Of a DNA stretch of 64,000 nt, positions 62,177-64,000 are shown piece by piece. Under the pieces are notes generated by a model. The model was given only the letters and a program-made list of their open reading frames with translations. It had not been told where the DNA came from and ran no database searches. The position numbers and the translations under genes are program-made. This stretch comes from Clostridia bacterium (lineage in GTDB: Bacteria > Bacillota > Clostridia > Oscillospirales > CAG-272): positions 3,751-67,750 of the forward strand of contig JAFTOB010000160.1 of the NCBI GenBank assembly GCA_017451545.1, in the 5' to 3' direction. The first letter of the stretch is position 1; every line of letters begins with the position of its first letter.

Positions 62177-62204
62177 AAGGCTCTCCGCTTTGGCGGAGAG
62201 CCTT
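62177..62204. terminator. bidirectional terminator
   Basis: aaggctctccgc-tttg-gcggagagcctt. Confidence 0.8.
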
Positions 62205-62213
62205 GTTTTAGTC

Positions 62214-63032
62214 TTATTTGTTTGCTTTGTCCTCTTTAGCTTCAGGGAAAGCCGACGGATATTTCTGCCAGAAATACTCAAGCCAGAAATAGAGTGCCAC
62301 ACCCGCGAGCACCATAAAGATCGACCAGAACTGGGAGGGCGAGATACCGCCGACAAGCTCACCTCTGGCGTCTGCGCGCAGATACTCGATGAGGAATCTG
62401 AAAATTCCGTAAGTCACGAGATAAAGGCTCATATTGTGTCTGAATTTAAAGCGGAAAAGGAGCCAGGTGCATACGGCGCACATAGCGAAAAGGAAGAGCG
62501 CCTCGTAGAGCTGTGTGGGGTGGCGCGTTACTCCCTCCTTGACGTACTCGTGGCCGTGCTTTACGAAGAACTCAACTCCGAAAATACTGTCGGTCTCAGC
62601 TCCGTAGCAGCAGCCTGCGAAAAGGCATCCGAGTCTGCCGAAGCCGTGACCCGCCAAAATCGCGCAAGGAAGCATGGATATGACCTGCGAAAGCGTGCCG
62701 TCGCACTTTTTTCTGAAAATAAGATAGACCAGAAGGAAGCAGATAACGCCGCCGATAAGGCCGCCGATGAAGGTTATCTTTCCGTTGAACTCAAACTTTC
62801 CTGTCGCGATATAATCGTAAAACGACTGGAACACGGCGGCAGAGCCAAAGCCGACGGCAATGGACGCGATGCCGTTGAAAAAGATAAAATCGATCATTTT
62901 TTCGCTGACGGAGAGCTTTCTGCCGTAGAAAATTATGATTGCAAAGGCCGCAAGGATGCCGACCGCGATAAGTACACCGTAAAGATGCACTTCAATGGGC
63001 CAGCCTTCGGGCAACAGATTATGTGGATACAT
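62214..63032 (-). CDS. lgt: prolipoprotein diacylglyceryl transferase
   Basis: GRLGCLFAGCCYG, HPTQLYEALF and YGIFRFLIEYLR motifs. Confidence 0.9.
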   Translation of the reverse strand: MYPHNLLPEGWPIEVHLYGVLIAVGILAAFAIIIFYGRKLSVSEKMIDFIFFNGIASIAVGFGSAAVFQSFYDYIATGKFEFNGKITFIGGLIGGVICFLLVYLIFRKKCDGTLSQVISMLPCAILAGHGFGRLGCLFAGCCYGAETDSIFGVEFFVKHGHEYVKEGVTRHPTQLYEALFLFAMCAVCTWLLFRFKFRHNMSLYLVTYGIFRFLIEYLRADARGELVGGISPSQFWSIFMVLAGVALYFWLEYFWQKYPSAFPEAKEDKANK

Positions 63033-63199
63033 ATATATCTCCTTTTCTTCTTTATCGTCTTATTATACAACATTTTTTTGGGTATGTAAAGTGGAAAACA
63101 AAAAAATTAACACATTTTATTCAACAAACTTTTTTGAAAAAGCAGAAGCCTCTCTTATTGAAAATTTCCGTCAAAAATATTTGGCCGCGAATATACGCA

Positions 63200-63236
63200 A
63201 AAATCGACTTGCCCGAATGTACGGCAAGTCGATTTT
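63200..63236 (-). terminator. terminator after the 220-aa gene
   Basis: aaaatcgacttgcc-9 nt-ggcaagtcgatttt. Confidence 0.7.
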
Positions 63237-63255
63237 ATAGTATATCCCTTTTTTC

Positions 63256-63918
63256 TTAATTTTTATAGTTCCTGTTACTTTCGTTTATTACGGTCGCTAT
63301 TGTGTTTATCTCCACTGCACGAATCAGCTCCGCCATTTGCTGTTCATGCCTGAATGCAATCTCATCCTGGCGTGCCTGCATCTCCATTTGTTCTATTTTC
63401 GCATTTAACAGTATCAATGCTTCCTGTATTGTGTTAGCAAGTTTTTTCCTGACAACTTCAATGCAATAATTGATCTCCGCGGGAGCAAAATAATCCGGAG
63501 GTATTATTTCCGTCAGCCTGTGCTGATGTATTTCTTCAATAAGCTCATCTATTGCCGCAGAGACATCGGAAATTTTTCTTTCGATATCTTTATATTGAGT
63601 ATTCCGGTTCTCAAGCATCATTTTGACAAGCTTTCCTTGCTTAAAAAGCAGCACAAAAAGCACGGCTGATACGGCAACGCACAAAACCACTGTATACATC
63701 AAGCCGCCGCTTCCACCCGAAACAGCTAAAAAAAATATACCGAGTAGCAAAGATATAATAGCTGCTTTTTGATATGTTTTCCTTTTTCTTACCGCAGTTT
63801 GATACCCGTAATCCAAGCTTACAAGCTGATTCTGACAATCCTCTCTTTTTTGCAATAACGAGTCCAAATCTTCGGCGTATTCCAAGCATTCGTGCAATTG
63901 CTCTATTATATCCATCAT
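63256..63918 (-). CDS. uncharacterised membrane protein with cytoplasmic coiled coils
   Basis: Two central TM helices (AAIISLLLGIFFLAVSGGSGGLMYTVVLCVAVSAVLFVLLF) flanked by helical Glu/Gln-rich segments. The gene is AT-rich. Confidence 0.55.
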   Translation of the reverse strand: MMDIIEQLHECLEYAEDLDSLLQKREDCQNQLVSLDYGYQTAVRKRKTYQKAAIISLLLGIFFLAVSGGSGGLMYTVVLCVAVSAVLFVLLFKQGKLVKMMLENRNTQYKDIERKISDVSAAIDELIEEIHQHRLTEIIPPDYFAPAEINYCIEVVRKKLANTIQEALILLNAKIEQMEMQARQDEIAFRHEQQMAELIRAVEINTIATVINESNRNYKN

Positions 63919-64000
63919 TTATCCTCTACTATCTGTCCCATAAAATTGGGCTTTACTTTTAACGTGATGATTTCACCTTCGCCAAAATTGACTCTTTCAC

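Noticed and set aside
63959-64000. Apparent 3' end of another minus-strand CDS (...VKESILAKVKSSR then stop).
   Set aside because: Only 14 codons are inside the window, which is too short to support a call.
1-64000. Search for mobile-element or defence hallmarks: integrase, transposase, reverse transcriptase, cas genes, toxin-antitoxin pairs, restriction-modification genes and prophage structural genes.
   Set aside because: None of the ORF translations shows the corresponding motifs. The only mobility signals are the tRNA-end duplications and the AT-rich islets reported above.

Overview
This is a 64-kb chromosomal segment at roughly 55% GC by eye. It looks like a Firmicutes/Clostridia-type genome. 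That placement is an inference from several features: L27 carries the MLRIGLQFF|AHKKG pro-sequence next to a Prp protease gene, the ylxM-ffh-rpsP-KH gene order is present, lipoproteins have lipobox signal peptides, Shine-Dalgarno sites are GGAGG-like, and many promoters are near-consensus TTGACA-17-TATAAT.

I support about 58 protein genes and 3 tRNAs (Leu-CAG, Leu-GAG, Arg-CCT). I saw no rRNA, CRISPR array, transposase, integrase, reverse transcriptase or cas gene.

Housekeeping blocks: potABCD; DUF47-Pit phosphate uptake; dxs; ylxM-ffh-rpsP-KH; rplU-prp-rpmA; pgi; a PBP5-type carboxypeptidase; galM-galE with a NahK-like kinase and a nucleotidyltransferase; lgt; pnuC.

Unusual blocks, in window order:
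1. An AraC-controlled, translationally coupled redox operon (1-5637).
2. A tRNA-Leu locus with nested 3'-end fragments, a 148-bp duplication, an AT-rich lipoprotein islet and an odd array of mini-hairpins (5.7-7.5 kb).
3. A ten-gene DUF1836-NfeD-flotillin operon followed by six uncharacterised membrane proteins, including two duplicated gene pairs (8.3-14.9 kb).
4. A 1329-aa membrane protein overlapping dxs, with an extracellular helical-repeat region and a cytoplasmic uL15-like C-terminal domain (21.7-25.7 kb).
5. A 16.7-kb operon joining a MoxR-DUF58-VWA core to giant beta-sandwich-repeat lipoproteins. Its last gene is split by a -1 frame change next to a G5 run and a 12-bp hairpin (33.7-50.4 kb).
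6. A pnuC leader made of two 44-nt modules exactly 100 nt apart (51.15-51.35 kb).
7. A 218-nt highly structured intergenic element (51995-52212).

All functional calls rest on my reading of the translated ORFs and on motif recognition. No database search was run.
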